A stretch of 64,000 nucleotides of DNA from assembly GCA_964016885.1 (NCBI GenBank), contig OZ024742.1:122016001-122080000 (forward strand). The letters are read 5' to 3'. Made by a program: the position numbers and the translations under genes. Position 1 is the stretch's first letter; the number at the start of each line of letters is the position of its first letter. This document shows positions 1 to 14,084 of this stretch, one piece after another. The notes beneath the pieces were generated by a model. It was not told the origin of the DNA. It saw nothing but the letters and a program-made list of their open reading frames with translations, and made no database searches. The DNA is from Eledone cirrhosa (lineage: Eukaryota).

Positions 1-2947
1 CTCTATTATGCATCGGCTAAAGTCACCACTCACTTATGTAGAGTGAAAATGAAAAAACAAAGGAATTCCCACAAGAAATCTACTTGGCAAGAGAACATCA
101 ATCTCCAAATAAACCTTCTCCGATCTGACATAAAAATGTTAACAAACTACAAAGTAGGTGAACATGTTAAACAAACTAAACTTAGAAAATTGAAAAGAAA
201 ATACAGTATAAAATCAACAAGTGACATAGAAATGCTGATAGAAATAATCAAGCAAAAAGTGTCGGCCAAAGCTGCTCGTATAAGGCGCTTTGAAAAACAA
301 TCTAGATTCTATAAGGACAATGATATGTTCAAAAACAACCAAAGAAACTTCTACAGAAAAATTGGCAAGTCAACAATAACTGCTAAATCAATACCACCCA
401 AGGAGGAAGTGCAAGAATTCTGGGAAAAGATCTGGGCCGAAGAAAAAGTTCATAATATACATGCCCCATGGATAGACAGACAAATGAAAGATACAGCACA
501 CATTGAGGAACAAATATGGAAAAATATAACAGTTGAACAGTTGCGTTTGGCTCTTAGAAAAACCAGCAAATGGAAATCCCCAGGAAAAGACAAAATACCA
601 AATTTTTGGATAAATGCTTTCACAGAGTCTCATGAGCTGTTAGCCCAACTTTAGAATGAAATAGTTAAGGAGCCAGAAAAGATACCACCATGGCTAGTTA
701 ACGGCATTACATTCCTGCTTCCGAAGAATGATGAGACAAACAATCCCCAAAATTACAGACCGATAACTTGCTTGACCACAATGTATAACATTTTAACATC
801 AGTCCTAACTGAATATACATATGACCACCTGATAACAAATGACCTATTTCCCAATGAGCAGAAAGGGTGTAAACGAGGCTCATATGGCTGTAAGGATCAG
901 CTTTTGGTTAACAAAATGATACTGGAAGATTGTCATAATAGACACAACAATCTATTGCTTGGATAGATTATAAAAAAGCATTAGATAGTTTGCCACACAG
1001 TTGGATTGAAAAATGTTTAGAGATTTTCAAAATATGTCCCGTTGTCAGGAGGTTCTTGTCATTCAGTATAAAGACATGGAAAACGACACTCCTTTTGAAT
1101 AGTGAAAAGGAATCACTGGAAGCTGGAGAAGTTAATATTAATTTGGATTTTTTCAGGGCGACTCTTTATCACCGCTTTTATTCTGCATAGGTAAAATGCT
1201 CAATGAAATAAAACATGGATATAAAGTCTATGACAAAACCATTAATCACTTGTTCTACATGGATGACCTGAAACTATTTGCAAAAAATGATGAACAATTG
1301 CAAGGGCTATTATCCACTGTGGTGCAGTTCAGTGATGACATTAAAATGGAGTTTGGACTAGATAAATGCGCCAAAGCAACGTTCACCAGAGGAAAGCTGC
1401 TGAAAAGTTCAGACATTAATCTTGATCGGGGGAATGTGATAAGAGAACTTGATCAAGAGGAAACTTACAAATATCTAGGTGTTTGTGAAGGAGACGGAAT
1501 CAAGCACTCGACAATGAGGGAAAGGATAAGGAACGAATGTTACCGCAGAATAAGAGCAATATTAAGAACGGAATTGATCGATGCCATAAACACGCTTTCC
1601 ATACCAGTAGTAACCTACAGTTACAACGTCATCAACTGGTCCAACTGGTCAAGCACAGAGATCCGTAGGCTCGATACAAAAATTAGAAAATTCTTAACCA
1701 TGCATAGAATGCATCACCCGAAGGCAGATACAGATAGAATATATCTCCCTAGGAAAGAAGGAGGACGTGGGTTAATCCAGTTAGACATTGCGTTGAAAAC
1801 TGCAACAATTGAATTATCTACATATCTAAGGGAATCACATGATTGGATGATCAAACTCGTTTCGAAACACGAACGCATCAAAAGATCATGCTCCATTACA
1901 AAAGATGCACAAATATACAGTAATGGACTACAAATTTCAGAAGTCCCATTTACTGCTGAAATAGAAAACACAGAAAAAGCAAAGCAGGTAAAAGTAACTG
2001 CAAAGAAAGCACTGCTACAGAAACTGGCTAAGAAAAGGCAAGAAAAGCCTCTGTATGGAAAATACCCAGAAAGAGCTAACAATCCTGATGTTGACAAAAC
2101 ATTAACCTATCAGTGGTTGGCATCTCTGGACTGAAATCGGAGACTGAAGGACTGATTATATCAGCACAACAAAAAATTGTCTGCCAACAAAAAATTACCA
2201 AGCCAACATAATAAAAAATGGATACAGCCCATTATGCCGTGTATGTAAAAAACAACCAGAGACCATTGATCATATAATTTCAATGTGCAGTCCTATAGCT
2301 CCAACCGAATACCTAAACAGGCATGACAGAGCTGCACAATACATACATTGGATAATGTGAAAGCATTTTGACCTGCCCCATCAAAAGAATTGGTGGGAGC
2401 ATCAACCACCTCCCATACTTGAAAAAGATCACATCTCAATCTTGTGGAACTTTAGCATCCAAATAGACCGAAAAATAGATGCAAATAGGCCTGATATAAT
2501 ACTGAAGGACTTTAAAAAGAGGGTATGCCTGCTAATTGATATGTCCGTTCCAACAGACAAGAATGTATCTATAAAAACATTTGAAAAATTGAGCAAGTAT
2601 AAGGACCTGGAGATAGAAATTGGAAAAATGTGGAAATTGAGAACTAAAACAATACCAGTGGTGGTAGGCGCTCTAGAAATGATACCTAAGGGGTCTAATG
2701 ATTACTTATCGCAAATTCCAGGAAACCCGCGTATAGGAGAAATACAAAAGATAGTACTAATGGGAACTGCCCATATACTAAGGAAGATTCTGTCAATATA
2801 AGTACATCACAAGTCTAAACACATAAAGATGCATGTGTGTGTATGTATGTTCTTTCTTGAACATGGAGGACCTTGTTGTCTCTTGAGGTCACTGGTTGTG
2901 ACTTGGTGATAACTCGTATGAATATAAAGCAAGATAAATGCAACTAT
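1..2947 (+). mobile_element. R4/Dong-clade non-LTR retrotransposon, family 1, degenerate copy running off the left edge of the window
   Basis: Collinear ORF fragments 43..2801 carry RT motifs (WKSPGKD, EQKGC, LFYMDDLKL, YKYLG) and an REL endonuclease (RPDIILKD..LIDMSVP..KLSKYKDL). A CCHC-like segment lies at ~2230-2330 between the listed ORFs. Several stops and frameshifts. A ~145-nt 3' UTR ends in (TAA)n. Confidence 0.93.
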
Positions 2948-2963
2948 AATAATAATAATAATA

Positions 2964-3720
2964 GTAATAATAATAAATTTGAAGAGTAAAATCCAAAGAG
3001 GGCTCGATAAGGATAAATATATATATATATAAGAACCGTAGAGCAAATATTTATTAAAATAACAGATTAAAGTTTAAGCAAAGAATCGCTGTTTTCACCC
3101 TTAACGGGATCTTCTGAAACTAACAAAGTCAATCTGTGAACGCAGAAGTGAATATTTAAAAAAAACATTGCCACCAGAGAAAGACAGGAAGACGATACTT
3201 TGGTTCGTGGAAACGTTCCCTGGCAAAGAACGGGAAAAAAACGAATATAATACGTCATTATTTGGAGCGATGAAAAACAATTACACGCAAAGACAAAACC
3301 ACGTTTATGGTATAAAAGGAGTCATAGACTAATATTCTATTAGGTGGTTCATAGAGTCGTTCTCTGGCAATGAACGTAAAAAACGAAGATAATACGTCAT
3401 ATGTGGAGCGGGAAGAATAATTGCACGCAAAGACAAAATCACGTAAATGGTATAACTGAAGTCGTAGACTAAAATTCTAACGACGAAACCGAATGATTCT
3501 CGGCTTCAGAGTTAAGAATAAAGTAAATAAAATACAAAGGTAATTGAAATTAAATAAATACATACACGCATCCATATACGTACATACACAAGCATACGCG
3601 AAAACACTCGCCATAGGTATACAAATAAACGCACGTACACAAAAAAAAACAAAACCCCGCACGCACATACAGAACCCACGCAACGCCTGTACCCGCACGG
3701 ATACGAATGTATACACCAAA
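2964..3720 (-). mobile_element. PLE-type terminal repeat fragment, family A, with 3' tail and HHR
   Basis: Homologous to 9061-9290, 10140-10390 and 23318-24028. Internal ~135-bp tandem duplication at ~3220-3480. Confidence 0.7.
3071..3121 (-). ncRNA. Type I hammerhead-like motif, family A (CAGAAGA core variant)
   Basis: Minus strand reads AGTTT-CAGAAGA-TCCCgttaaGGGT-GAAA-acagcgattctttgc-TT-AAACT. Confidence 0.65.
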
Positions 3721-3984
3721 AATATATATAAAAATAATATATATATATGTGTGTGTGTGTGTATGTGTATACATATAATTATATATATATATGTATATAT
3801 ATATATATAAAGAATTAGTATATCTACCAAAATATTTATACAGATGTATACGTATGCTAGAAAATATATAGGTTATGTCTTAGTAACTTTGTGGTTCAAT
3901 ACAAAACGTATGGATGCTCAACAAATTATATGAAAAACGTAAAATAAGAAAATTATAGTAATTAACTTACTTACTTAAATTTCA

Positions 3985-4065
3985 CTCCAACTAATTAGTT
4001 TCTGAAAGGGGATTATACATAGTCTTCAAATGGAGATCATGGAGAAACCTTTCTTCATCAGGAAG
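3985..4065 (-). ncRNA. Type I hammerhead ribozyme with extended stem II
   Basis: Minus strand reads CTTC-CTGATGA-aGAAAGG...CCTTTCa-GAAA-CTAATTAG-TT-GGAG. Stem III is palindromic. Confidence 0.7.
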
Positions 4066-4573
4066 TCATTCTCGGCTAAGATTCCTGGCGATGCGCGGAC
4101 ACAAGAAACTTACACAAAAATAATTCAGTGAATGGAAAAGAGCAGGCGTGGACTAAATTCCGAGACATTGAAAAAATCACTGTCTTCTTGGTCGGTGGCA
4201 AATTCAAAAGAATCAATCACGTGACATCGAGGTTAATCAGTGAGGAGTGGGGTGCTAAAAAGACAGTAGCCAAGCTAATACTATGAACCATAGTAGTAAT
4301 TTAGGCATATTTTTGCTCAACAGAATAATTTGGAGATAATAATAAAGAATTAGTATATCTACCAACATATTTATACATATGTATACTTATGCGAGAAAAT
4401 ATATGGGTTTTGTCTTAGTAACTTTGTGGTTCAATACAATGGGAAGCAGAACAAATTATATGAAAAATATAATATATATATATATAATATATATATATAT
4501 AATATATATATATATAATATATATATATATAATATATATATATATAATATATATATATATAATATATATATAT

Positions 4574-4767
4574 ATAGGAACAAGTATGACCTCGACGGCA
4601 GGGCTCAAGCCGTCTCAACGGCTAATTCTGGACAGAATTAGCCGTCGAAACGGCTTGAGCTCTGCCGTCGGGGTCATACTTGTTCCTATTACCCACTCTA
4701 CTACCGTAAGTATTGAGTACATTGGTGCGTTATGGTCCATCTGGTTCCTTACCAGATTTCCTTCGTT
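4574..4767 (+). mobile_element. PLE terminus, family B: fold-back hairpin plus 3' tail
   Basis: Arms 4574-4630 and 4633-4689, then a tail homologous to 49565-49647. Flanked by TA-rich repeats. Confidence 0.75.
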
Positions 4768-5169
4768 ATATATATATATATTCAAAACAACAAACAGCGA
4801 AGGACGCGTTCCGGACTTGTCCGACAGACAACCTTTTCCCCCACTCCGGAAAAACCCCAGTTGATGGATGTAAATCCGAAATATATAGGGACTATTAAAT
4901 CTCTCCCAAGGTAACTCTCTCTTGTGTTGTTATTTTTATTTTATCCTTTATACACTTCCCTTCATTCTACACATCTCACACATCTTATACACACCACGCA
5001 ACTCAACATACACCCACTTACATCTCTCTCCACCACCGGACCTTGTTACCCGGAGATTTACCCATTTGCATTGTCGAGGCTTCCAAACGACTTAAAGATA
5101 TTTACTTATTGTTCCACAATGCTTCAAGCAAACTTCAATACTCTCTTATATATATATAAATAATAAATG

Positions 5170-5210
<41 letters not shown>

Positions 5211-5385
5211 ATTTACATATATATATATATAATCACAGATATATATGTGGCAACCGTTCAGGATGTGGTTCAATTGATAGCCTGGCCTAATTGATTTTTT
5301 GTATGGTTAATTCTGCTAATTGGGAGAGGAAATTGTATATATTTTATCTAATAATTCTAAGGACATAATTTATGATATCTATATC

Positions 5386-5391
5386 TATATA

Positions 5392-5467
<76 letters not shown>

Positions 5468-5635
5468 ATTATATATATATATGTATATAATATATATTAT
5501 ATATATATAATATATATTGTATACATATATATATATATATATATAATTATATATATATATAATTATATATATATATATATATATAATTATATATATATAT
5601 ATATATATATATAATTATATATATATATATATATA

Positions 5636-5697
<62 letters not shown>
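5386..5697. repeat. Long interrupted (TA)n microsatellite, representative of dozens in the window
   Basis: Read directly from the sequence. Confidence 0.95.
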
Positions 5698-5699
<2 letters not shown>

Positions 5700-5715
5700 G
5701 AAAAATAAAAGTTAC

Positions 5716-6238
5716 CGTCAGTTGTCTACTAGGGACCATTGGTATTTCTTCGCGTTAGAGACAAGACACCTCAGCCTTGGGCGAACAATAACTAAAATGA
5801 GTTATTGGGATAAATGAAGGGGAGAGGGGAGAAAAAGATGTAAACAGACACGAAGGGCGAAGCAACGTAAAGAGAGGAAAAATCGCTTCCTCTTACTTTC
5901 ACTCACTCCCTGTCTGCTAGTCATCCTCGCTCCACTAGCTCATTTCCTCCCTCGTCCGCCACTGTACGTAGCCCTTTCTCTCGCTAATACTGCTACAGCT
6001 AAGACGTGTCTTTTTCTTCTCTCTCGTCAAAATTCGCCAGTTCTTACGTTCGAAATAAGTTGTTAACTTGATATTTATCCTCTCTTTACGTTGCTTTACC
6101 CTTCGTGTCTGTTTACATGTTTTTCTCCTCCCCCCTTCTTTTATCCCAATAACTTATTTTAGTTATTGTTCGCCCTAGGCTGAGGTATATTGTCTCTAAC
6201 GCGAAGAAATACCAATGATTCATAGTAGACAACTGACG
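5716..6238. repeat. Diverged inverted repeat (~170-bp arms), related to the 40855-41782 repeat family
   Basis: 5716-5885 matches the reverse complement of ~6072-6238. Confidence 0.8.
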
Positions 6239-9015
6239 ATTGTTTCAGTCGTTAGATATCGACCATTAAAGGGCATCACCTTGAAGGGGTTAAGTCGAAT
6301 ATATTGTCCCCAGTCCACTATTAAATTTGGTAATTATTTAATCAATCACATTTTGTCGATTCGAACCGCTAGTTTATGGGGTATAAACAAAGAGTAAACG
6401 TAAACACACACAGTCACCGATTTTACAGTTATTTGAAAGCACGCTCCAATATATTGTTTTACCGGTGACTGGGAAAGAGAAAGAGAAATAAGACAAGAGA
6501 TTGTTAACAGCGAGAGTAAGAGGAAACCATGAAGAAAATGAAAGAAAATAACCATAAAGGTAAAAAGCAAGAAAGAAAAAATAATGGAGACAGATAGGGA
6601 AATAGGGAAAGAGAGAGCGTAGGACAGAGTGAATGAGAGAGAGAGAGAGAGAGTAAAAGGAAACAAGACACTGTGTAAGTGTACAAAATCGATAGTTGAA
6701 AGAAAGACCTATATTATATTCCTCCAGTACAAGGATAGATTTTTATATAAGAAAAACATCCTGACAAAACTGCTATTCTAATGTCAAGTTGAAAGACGAT
6801 AATAATTGCGCTAAGGTGAAAATTATTACATAAACTTACTAATTTCAATATGAATTTGATAATGATTATATTAAACCCGATGTCATTTTCAAGTATTAAA
6901 AAAATCTATTTCAAATGGGGAGAGAGAGTTGTAATAAATTGAGTTCAACATCACGAAAGAAAAAATTAAATGTGTGTCAGTAATTTGTCATTGAAGTAGA
7001 AAATATCAAATATCAAATATATATAAAGGAAAAGATAAGTTCAGAAATGTTCAAGTATTGGATTAGTAAAAAATAATAAAATATAACACCAACAATCAAA
7101 TGACACTTTAATGATAATTCAATATTTATATTTTTTTAGTTAATATATGTTGAAGAGAAAATCTTAAAGACTTTTGAAATTAATATGAATTAACTTAGAT
7201 AACTGTTCACAGTGAAAGAACTCTTTAATACGTCGTCTTGAATCTTCTTTACGAAGATTGGTTTGGAATATTCTGAGATTAAAATAATAATATTCAGAAA
7301 TATTAAATATTTTCAAAAATATATTCCTATCAACGAAGAAGTGAAAAAAACAAATTAGAACTAAGTTGGAATTTTACAATTTCTGATTGAGAAATATAGT
7401 TTCATGGTGTTTCTATACGAGTATAGATTATATAAATATTTTTAATTGATTATAATTATTGTTTTTTACGTGTATTCTTAAACAAGAAAATTATTATAAC
7501 TATTCTTGACAAGGAAATAAATATTTATTTGTTGTAGTCGTGTAGGTTGTGAGATCTGTCGTTGCGATGTATTTATGATCTATAGGATGAATATTTGGGC
7601 TTAAAAAAAGAAATCTTCGCAAACACGATATGGCTTTAAAAAAGCATTAGGACGTTGGCATTTTCAACAAGTGCAGCATTTCCTTTCAAGTATATATATA
7701 TATATATATATATAGTTTAACTTAGCCACGTTGTTACACGGTCCTTACTATAGCTGCACCGTTACTAATACATTATAAGTGAAATTTTAAATAGTGCATG
7801 CAACTCTGCAGAAGCACGCTATATATATATAAACAAATAGTAGAAAGGAAAACGATTCTTTCAGTAGAAAATGTTGAAAAGATTTTCTTCAGTGAAATAT
7901 CAAAACATTAATTTATTTACAATACCGGTTTCAGCATTAAATGCATTGTCAATTGCAGATATGCAGAATAATGTTAAGTTGCATATTTGTACATATAGTG
8001 ATAATAATAATAATGAAGAAAATGAAAATAAAAAGAGAAAGAAAAATAAAATTAATTTTCACATGCATGTTCATTCAGAGAAGTCATTTCTGTGTCCATC
8101 CTACTCTGCTTATAGCTTGGTCGGGACAGGTAGAAGGAGAGGGTAGAGAGAGGAGGGGTGAGGAGAATAGGAGAAGAGGAGAGAGGAGTGTTGGCAGGCT
8201 GCTGTGTGAAGCAAATGAAAAGAACATTTTGGGATTGAGTTTGATTTTCTCAATGGCCCATACCTCCTCATGTGTTCTTTACTTATTGATGATGGCCTTC
8301 ATGCATTTTGGAAGATTATGTTTCTTCGATTCGAGCAATGTAATAGCAGTCGAATGTGTGTGTTGGTTCTGACCGTATTTCAGTTTGTTGATTTGCTGTG
8401 ACTGTGGCTTTGTTATCGTTGTGATGGTTCTTGTTGATTTTGTGACTGTTGTGTTTGTTGTTTTTGTTGTTGATACTTTTGACCAATATTTGGAGAAAAT
8501 ATATGGTGACTGAATTAATTTGAATGAGATCTCAATATTTTAATTTTTCTTAGTATCTGCTTCTACGACCGGCTATTGAACAGTTGGGTTGTTTTTGTTT
8601 CAGACATTGAGAGGGACAAAACCATGAGACGGTCAATTTCATTCTCATACCAATTTCGATTGTTGTAAACGTATTGATTAGTCATTATAGTCCTCGGTTT
8701 ATGAATACGAGTTTGTAAGGTTTTGATTATTTGATAATACTCAAGAACAAGTGTATATAATGATTGTAGCGAAATTGGGAATTTACAGTTAAAATACATA
8801 CATACTTAAAAGTTGGTGGGTAAATACGTACTTACAAAAAAAGTATTTCCAGGTTTTTAGAAGAGATTTAAGTTCGGTTAGGCTGCGTGACGTGGTACTG
8901 ACTTTAGAAGCCTTAAAAAATATATAAATATGTTGATAGTCTGCGGATCGGGGAGACCATAAATGAATGAAGTACTCGATACATGGCCAGATGCAGAGTG
9001 GGTATATTAGTGAAA

Positions 9016-9060
<45 letters not shown>

Positions 9061-9063
<3 letters not shown>

Positions 9064-9283
9064 ATAATAATAAATTTGAAGACTAAAATCCAAAGAGGGT
9101 TCGATAAGGATAAATATATATCAAATATATAAGAACCCTAGAGCAAATATTTATTAAAATAACAGATTAAATTTTAAGCAAAGAATCGCTGCTTTCACCC
9201 TTAACGGGATCTTCTGAAACTAATTTCAGAAGATCCCGCTAAGGGTGAAAGCAGCGATTTTCTGCTTAAACTTTAAACTGTTA

Positions 9284-9291
<8 letters not shown>
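9061..9291 (-). mobile_element. Family A terminus with a hairpin made of two back-to-back HHR motifs (9171-9221 minus, 9222-9272 plus)
   Basis: Arms ~9152-9219 and 9224-9291. The tail is on the left arm only. (TA)n on both sides. Confidence 0.8.
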
Positions 9292-9351
<60 letters not shown>

Positions 9352-10103
9352 AGGTCTTCCTAATGCTTTTAATTAAGCGTACAGTGTATTGCAAAATACA
9401 CTATATATACATTCATATATATATCGCTATTTCAGAGCACCAATTCTAATTTTCAATTTCTGCTTGACCGGCAACCGGTCTGTATAATCAGTTCCTGATT
9501 ATTACTAAAATTCTATAAGAATCAAACATTCATGATTTTCAGCAAACAGGCGGAGTACTTAGTTTTGATAAGCACCAAAAAGTGCGAAACAGCTCTGTCA
9601 CCATTATCTCCCCTGTTTGCTGAAAATTAAAGTAAGTGAGACTGTCACTACTCTAAAACAAGCGTAAGGTCTTCGAATTGCTTTTAATTAAGCATACAGT
9701 GTATTGCAAAATACACGATATATACATTCATATATATATATATAAAATATTAAACAAATAATGAACAAACAATTCCTTATATTAAACAAAAAAAGGAAAA
9801 AAAAAAAAGTTCACTATTTAACGATCGTTTCTAGGGCATATATGTGTTATAATTGGTATGCATATTTAACAGATCTATGTACAAAATTATACAAAATTAT
9901 ACAAATTATCAAGATTAAATATACATACCTAACTCATATATACGCCGTCATATATACGCCGTCTTCAGAAATCTTGACTCTGTATACCGTTTATCTTTCA
10001 CCGAAAGTGGATTTTCATTACATCTCTTCTTTCCATGATATCCGGAATACATTGAGTTCTTCATACGGATTGGACACTACCGTAAACTCTTGGTAGATTT
10101 ATC

Positions 10104-10141
<38 letters not shown>

Positions 10142-10331
10142 ATAAACGTGGTTTTGTCTTTGCGAGAAATTGTTCTCAACGTTCCACATAACAACGTATT
10201 ATCTTCGCCTTTTTCCCGTTCAATGCCAGAGAACGTCTTCACGAATCAAAGTATCGTCTTCCTGTTTTCCTTCGGTTGCAACGTTTTTCGGAATATTTAC
10301 TCTGCGTTCACAGATTGATTTTCTTTTTTTT

Positions 10332-10369
10332 AGTTTCAGAAGATCCCGTTAAGGGTGAAAGCTTAAACT
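10332..10369 (+). ncRNA. Family A hammerhead-like motif, short stem III form
   Basis: AGTTT-CAGAAGA-TCCCgttaaGGGT-GAAA-GC-TT-AAACT. Confidence 0.6.
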
Positions 10370-10380
10370 TTAATCTGTTA

Positions 10381-10428
<48 letters not shown>

Positions 10429-10946
10429 AATGCATAAACATCTACATGTATATATTGTTTGACGACAGAGTATACTTCTTTAAACCAGTTAATACAATTA
10501 CAAATGTTTATATATACTTCACTCAATTAATGCTTACGGTATTTCAATTCAATATTATTATATATTGTACATCTTCAGAAGCACTATATATTTATATACA
10601 ATGATCCGGGATTCCAAAAGTGTAAAAGAGTTTTAAGCGATAACCCTTTATTGTACTTCTGGAGATGTACAATATTTAATAATGATTTGTTGTACTCAAT
10701 ATTTTCCTATTTAACTAATTGAAATAGCATAAGCATTAATTAAATGAGATGTATTGAAACGATTATATACCTTTAAATTATAGAAAAAGTGTTCGTGCCA
10801 TCGCATATTGTTCTACGTGGTGTGTTATTGTGTCCTTAAATTCTACGATTCTTTCAATAACATCTCTTGAATTTCTGTACTATATATAGAACACCCTTCT
10901 TTCCTTTACCTTATTCACGGAAATACTTATACTTTATATATATATG

Positions 10947-11011
<65 letters not shown>

Positions 11012-11013
11012 TG

Positions 11014-11064
11014 AGATTCTACAGGACTAGAACTGTTTCATTCTTTAGAAATCATCAGGAATCT
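11014..11064 (-). ncRNA. Type I hammerhead ribozyme, family C (intact core)
   Basis: AGATTC-CTGATGA-tTTCTaaAGAAt-GAAA-CAGttctagtcCTG-TA-GAATCT, GUA cleavage triplet. Confidence 0.85.
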
Positions 11065-11627
11065 GGGTATCAAAAAATAAGTATGGTATTTATACAAGTG
11101 GTAGGAGAGGGTGGGGAGTGGGATGGGTGTAGGTCATTGGTTGATATAAAAGGGAATTCGTTAAAAGCTAATTCTACAAAGCTATAGTTTATTTTTTATT
11201 TATTTTTGTTTTTAGTAACAAAGGCAGACAGAATTCTATAAACAGGTTCAGGATGGCATGCCATTCCTTATTATTAAGTTTCTTAATAATATTTGGAAGA
11301 TAATGGTGACAGAGCTCTGTTTCGCACTTTTTGGTGCTTATCAAAACTAAGTACTCCGCCTGTTTGCTAAAAATTATGACCGGTTGCCGGTCAAGCAGAA
11401 ATTGAAAGTTAGAATTGGTGCTCTGAAATAGCGATATATATAGAATTCTGTCTGCCTTTGTTACTCTAAAAACAAAAATAAATAAAAATAAAAATAAAAA
11501 TAAACTATAGCTTTGTAGAATTAGCTTTTAATGAATTCCCTTTTCTATCAACCAATGATCTACACCCATCCCACTCCCCACCCTCTCCTACCACTTGTAT
11601 AAATACCATACTTATTTTTTGATACCC

Positions 11628-11678
11628 AGATTCCTGTTGATTTCTAAAGAATGAAACAGTTCTAGTCCTGTAGAATCT
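11628..11678 (+). ncRNA. Family C hammerhead with mutated core (CTGTTGA)
   Basis: Same fold as 11014-11064 with A6 changed to U. Confidence 0.75.
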
Positions 11679-11760
11679 CATCTATATTAAAACTTTTATA
11701 CTCTGCAATGTATTGAGTACCTTACTTACTGTGGTTACCTCCGATTCAACCCGGAATAAC

Positions 11761-11843
<83 letters not shown>

Positions 11844-12089
11844 ATATTAACAAATGGAAACTATAATTATAAAACCATATTTATTTCATTATACATATTT
11901 CAAGGATTATTTGTTAATATATTGTAGTATTACTCCAATAATTCTTTGAGTGCTTTATATCAGTTATAAAAATATTTGCTTGTTGTATCCCAACAAATGA
12001 AATATAACTTCTACATATATATATATATATGTATGTATATGTATATATATATATAATCGCAGAAATTGAAGAAAGAGAAGCAGACCATT

Positions 12090-12312
12090 AACCCCCCCAC
12101 CCCACCCTCCCCACCACCACCATCATCACCATCTCTATCAGTTATAACACCACCAACACCACCGCCGCCACCACCAACACCACCACCACCACCACCACCA
12201 CCAATACCATCATCATCACCATCATTTATACCACCACCACCACCACCACCATCATCATCACCATCAGTTATACCACCACCACCAGCATTATCATCACTAT
12301 CAGTTATACCAT
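12090..12312. repeat. (ACC/ATC)n trinucleotide low-complexity tract
   Basis: Read directly. Explains the poly-Pro and poly-Gly ORFs. Confidence 0.9.
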
Positions 12313-12502
12313 CAACTCTGCTTCTCTTTCTTCGATTATAATTGTTCTGCTTAAATTTGCACACTAAATATTAACGCTTCTAATGTTTAACCCTGTCTGC
12401 ACAAGCATCGAGCACTAAATCACCTGTTTATGGCAATTAATTATCTCTATCGTCTCCTTCTATAACACTTCCTCTGTCTATTCCCTCTCACGATACTGTA
12501 AC

Positions 12503-12592
<90 letters not shown>

Positions 12593-12602
12593 TATATATA
12601 TT

Positions 12603-13426
12603 TATGTAAGTATGTATGTATACGTACATACATATATGTATACAGACGTACAGTAGTATGTATATATATACATACATGCACACATATATATATGCACGTA
12701 TCGGTTTACCGAACATTTATTATAATGCTCGGTTTGTTTCCTTATGCATATTAATGGCTGAGCAGCCTAATTTGCATATCGATATTTGCATAACCGATAC
12801 GTGCATATATATATGTGTGCATGTATGTATATATATACATACTACTGTACGTGTGTATACATATATGTATGTATGTATACATACATACATACGTACATTT
12901 AAGTAACTGCCGTACTAAGAGTGACAAATGAAATTTCGTTTCATTCTATTCCATTTATCGCTTTCGGTGCACCCGGCCGACTGAACTCACTCGATATGCA
13001 AATTAAGCTGCTCACCCGTTAATATGCATAAGAAAAGTATATACTTTCAGGCGTTCAACCATCTGGCAGGAAGGTATACGATGCTGACGATAGCTAATAA
13101 GCTTGAAACTAGTACATCGTTCCTGTGTCAGTGTTGAACAAAAAGGTGACGTTTACAAACAAACAAACCGAGCATTATAATAAATGTTATAATAAATGTC
13201 CGATACGTGCATATATATATGTGTGCATGTATGTATATACACACTACTGTACGTCTGTATACATATATTTATGTACGTATTGATACATACATACTTATAT
13301 ATATATACACACTACTGTACGTCTGTATACATATATGTATGTACGTATACATACATACATACTTACATTTAAGTAATTGCCATACTCAGAGTGAGAAATG
13401 AAATTTCGTTTCATTCTATTCCATTT
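12603..13426 (+). mobile_element. Family F non-coding HHR repeat: about 1.5 tandem units with an inverted, rearranged piece on the left
   Basis: Homologous to the 39719-40784 array. 12603-12790 consists of reverse-complement pieces of the unit. Confidence 0.75.
13078..13120 (+). ncRNA. Minimal type I hammerhead ribozyme, family F
   Basis: ACGATG-CTGACGA-tAGCtaataaGCTt-GAAA-CTAG-TA-CATCGT. Palindromic stem III ACTAGT. Confidence 0.88.
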
Positions 13427-14084
13427 ATATATATATATTTATTTGTACGTGTGTGTGCTTGCGTGTTTGTGTACTACTAGTTCTTGCACATAATTTAGAG
13501 ATTAAATAAAGACGACAATATAAGTGTCAGGCCGAAATAAGTATTGAAGATGATATGTTAGAGATGAAACATCAAAAAGTAACATTCCACTATAGCCAGG
13601 CTACTGAGAACATCAAAAGTTCTGGTTCATTTTTATTGATATTATTAACTTGATTTGTTGTTTGTTTGTGTTTGAAACTGAATGAAACGAAAATGGATAA
13701 TAAATTAAAATGGGATTCATATAAAAATTATGTGAAATCGCTATCGTTTAATCTGTACATACACACGCACACACGCACACATGCGCACGCACTCACACAC
13801 ACACGCACGCACACATATGAATACGCATAATGTGTATTTGCCCTCCTAAATACACATTATATATATATATGTATGTGTGTATATATATATAGCTCGTTTT
13901 AAGTGCACAACGGAATCCGATACGATGAAAGCCTTCTCCAAAAACAAAAACTCTCATCAATTATTACCTCTGGACTACATTAGGTTTTCACAACCTTATT
14001 GGCTCTACCATAGACAGGTAGATACATGTGTATATATATACAATAATAACATTAGGCAAATTAACACAAGACAAACGAAAGACA

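Larger units (their letters stand above)
11006..11761. mobile_element. PLE-type inverted-repeat insertion, family C
   Basis: Left arm ~11006-11241 and right arm ~11438-11687 are nearly identical reverse complements. The right arm continues into a tail ending at 11761. (TA)n on both flanks. Confidence 0.85.

Noticed and set aside
4470-4575. 15-bp periodic TA array and other tandem repeats as CRISPR-like
   Set aside because: No unique spacers, and the context is eukaryotic microsatellite.
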